Origin: an uncultured Nitrospiraceae bacterium
GTDB lineage: Bacteria; Nitrospirota; Thermodesulfovibrionia; Thermodesulfovibrionales; Dissulfurispiraceae
DNA length: 64,000 nt
Reading direction: 5' to 3'
NCBI GenBank assembly: GCA_963727805.1
Contig: CAVSHF010000003.1
Span: 352,001-416,000 of the forward strand
The translations under genes and the position numbers were made by a program. This document shows, piece by piece, positions 62,727 to 64,000 of this stretch. Position 1 is the first letter of the stretch; the number at the start of each line of letters is the position of its first letter. The notes under the pieces were generated by a model, which saw only the letters and a program-made list of their open reading frames with translations, did no database searches and was not told the origin of the DNA.

Positions 62727-63472
62727 GGTCTGCACTGCAATGGTATCCGATTTTTCTCAGGGAGATGCTTCTTTTCAAGCGGAAGCTTTTGCGCCTTGGC
62801 TATCTCTTTTCAGCTATGGTCGTCCCTATCATCTATCTCATTGTCTTCGGTTTTGGCCTCGGTAAAAGCGTGCACATCGGCGGAGGTGATTACCTTTTTT
62901 TTCTTATCCCGGGCCTCGTGGCAATGAGCTCAATGAACAACTCCTACAACTGGGTTTCTAGCGCCCTCAATCTGAACAGGATTTATTTCAAGACCTTCCA
63001 GGTATTTGTCCAGGCGCCAATACGGTCTTCATCGATCATGATAGGGGAGGTCCTTGCGGGAATGGTCAAGGGTCTTTTTGCGTCTCTTCTGATTATTGCC
63101 GTGGGGGTGGTAGCAACATCTGCGACATTTATCACAGCCCCATTCCTCTTGGCACTCCTCATAAACTGCTTTCTGTTTTCGAATCTTGGAGTGATCACCG
63201 GAATGGTCTCCAAATCTCATGAAGACACGGCGACCTATACAAACTTTTTCATTATGCCAATGGCTTTCTTTAGCGGGACTTTTTTCCCTGTGGATCGCAT
63301 GCCGGTAGCGGTCAAATATGTAATGTATATCGTGCCCCTGACGCATACGAATATTCTGATACGGAAGGCATCATTCGATTATGAGGGGGCCATTTCAATG
63401 GCTGTGCTTGTCCTCTATGCCGCAGCCTTTTTCGCCTACGGCACCCATCTGATCAGGAAGTACAGCGAATGA
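62723..63472 (+). CDS. ABC-2 type permease (NodJ/DrrB-like)
   Basis: FLIPG, PMAFFSGTFFP, PLTH; ATGA overlap. Confidence 0.88.
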   Translation: MRSALQWYPIFLREMLLFKRKLLRLGYLFSAMVVPIIYLIVFGFGLGKSVHIGGGDYLFFLIPGLVAMSSMNNSYNWVSSALNLNRIYFKTFQVFVQAPIRSSSIMIGEVLAGMVKGLFASLLIIAVGVVATSATFITAPFLLALLINCFLFSNLGVITGMVSKSHEDTATYTNFFIMPMAFFSGTFFPVDRMPVAVKYVMYIVPLTHTNILIRKASFDYEGAISMAVLVLYAAAFFAYGTHLIRKYSE

Positions 63473-64000
63473 TTCCCTACCTATATAAATCAATTAGTTG
63501 CAGAGGCGTCCCTTTCATTGGATTCACTTTTTCGCTTCCGCCCGAATCGTCAGGGTCATTCCCAAAGCTGATATTTACCGGATCACCGTTGAGTTTATTC
63601 TCGCTGATGATATAAGAAAAAAGAAAGTGAAGCCGATCACATTGATCAAGAGTTAAAGCCTCAAAGTGGATCACCTCACAACTAACGATTCGCTATTCCG
63701 AAAGATTAAATCAGAGTAAGACCTCTTATCTGTGCGAACATATACCCTATTTAATTCTGTCTGGTACACAATTAGTGGAAATCGGTGTAATTGGTACTAC
63801 TGACCTGACTGGCACTATATCATCAGGTATTGTTTTTTGTGTTGATAAAAGAAGTCAACACTTTCAAGAAACCTAAACTCAGTCGAAATATAATCGGAAA
63901 TGAATGCCTTCGGAAAAACCCTGTAACATTTGTTTCTTCCCTCTAAAAAAAGTTTTGGCGATGAGAGTATTGTTGTTTTTGCTGATTGGAGGCGAGATGT

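Noticed and set aside
63473..64000. AT-rich tail with a 65-aa minus-strand ORF and a short GTGTTGA/TCAACAC repeat
   Set aside because: No recognisable product or RNA motif; probably the upstream region of a gene beyond the window
1..64000. CRISPR array, prophage, rRNA or intact transposase
   Set aside because: No regularly spaced repeats, phage genes, rRNA-like sequence or transposase ORFs seen

Overview
Ordinary chromosomal window, about 45-50% GC by eye, from an anaerobic bacterium. Gene content and style suggest Nitrospirota/Thermodesulfovibrionia or a Desulfobacterota-like organism (inference only). In order it holds: two-subunit fumarate hydratase plus malic enzyme; UbiD-family decarboxylase, ribD, a REC-PAS-GGDEF-EAL protein, hemW, degP, tilS and tRNA-Ser(GCT); an aryl-acid uptake/activation cluster (porin, LIV-type ABC system with two tandem binding proteins, three phenylacetate-CoA ligase paralogues, two ACT proteins, iorB without iorA); ymdB-rny-6S RNA; an 11-subunit complex I operon lacking nuoEFG; two flagellar stator pairs with a PilZ gene between them; HD-GYP, rarA, a PurH-like gene, ABC-F, LysR, queE; and a Zur-znuACB-ABC2 operon with a perfect operator palindrome. 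The ORF track misses four things. (1) A selenocysteine MsrA: in-frame TGA in the GUFWG active site, a strong RBS and a SECIS-like hairpin. (2) An orphan IS200/IS605 (tnpB-type) right end/omegaRNA-like remnant just downstream of it. (3) The 6S RNA. (4) A possibly structured rny leader. I saw no CRISPR array, prophage or intact transposase, and nothing here is demonstrably a wholly new system.
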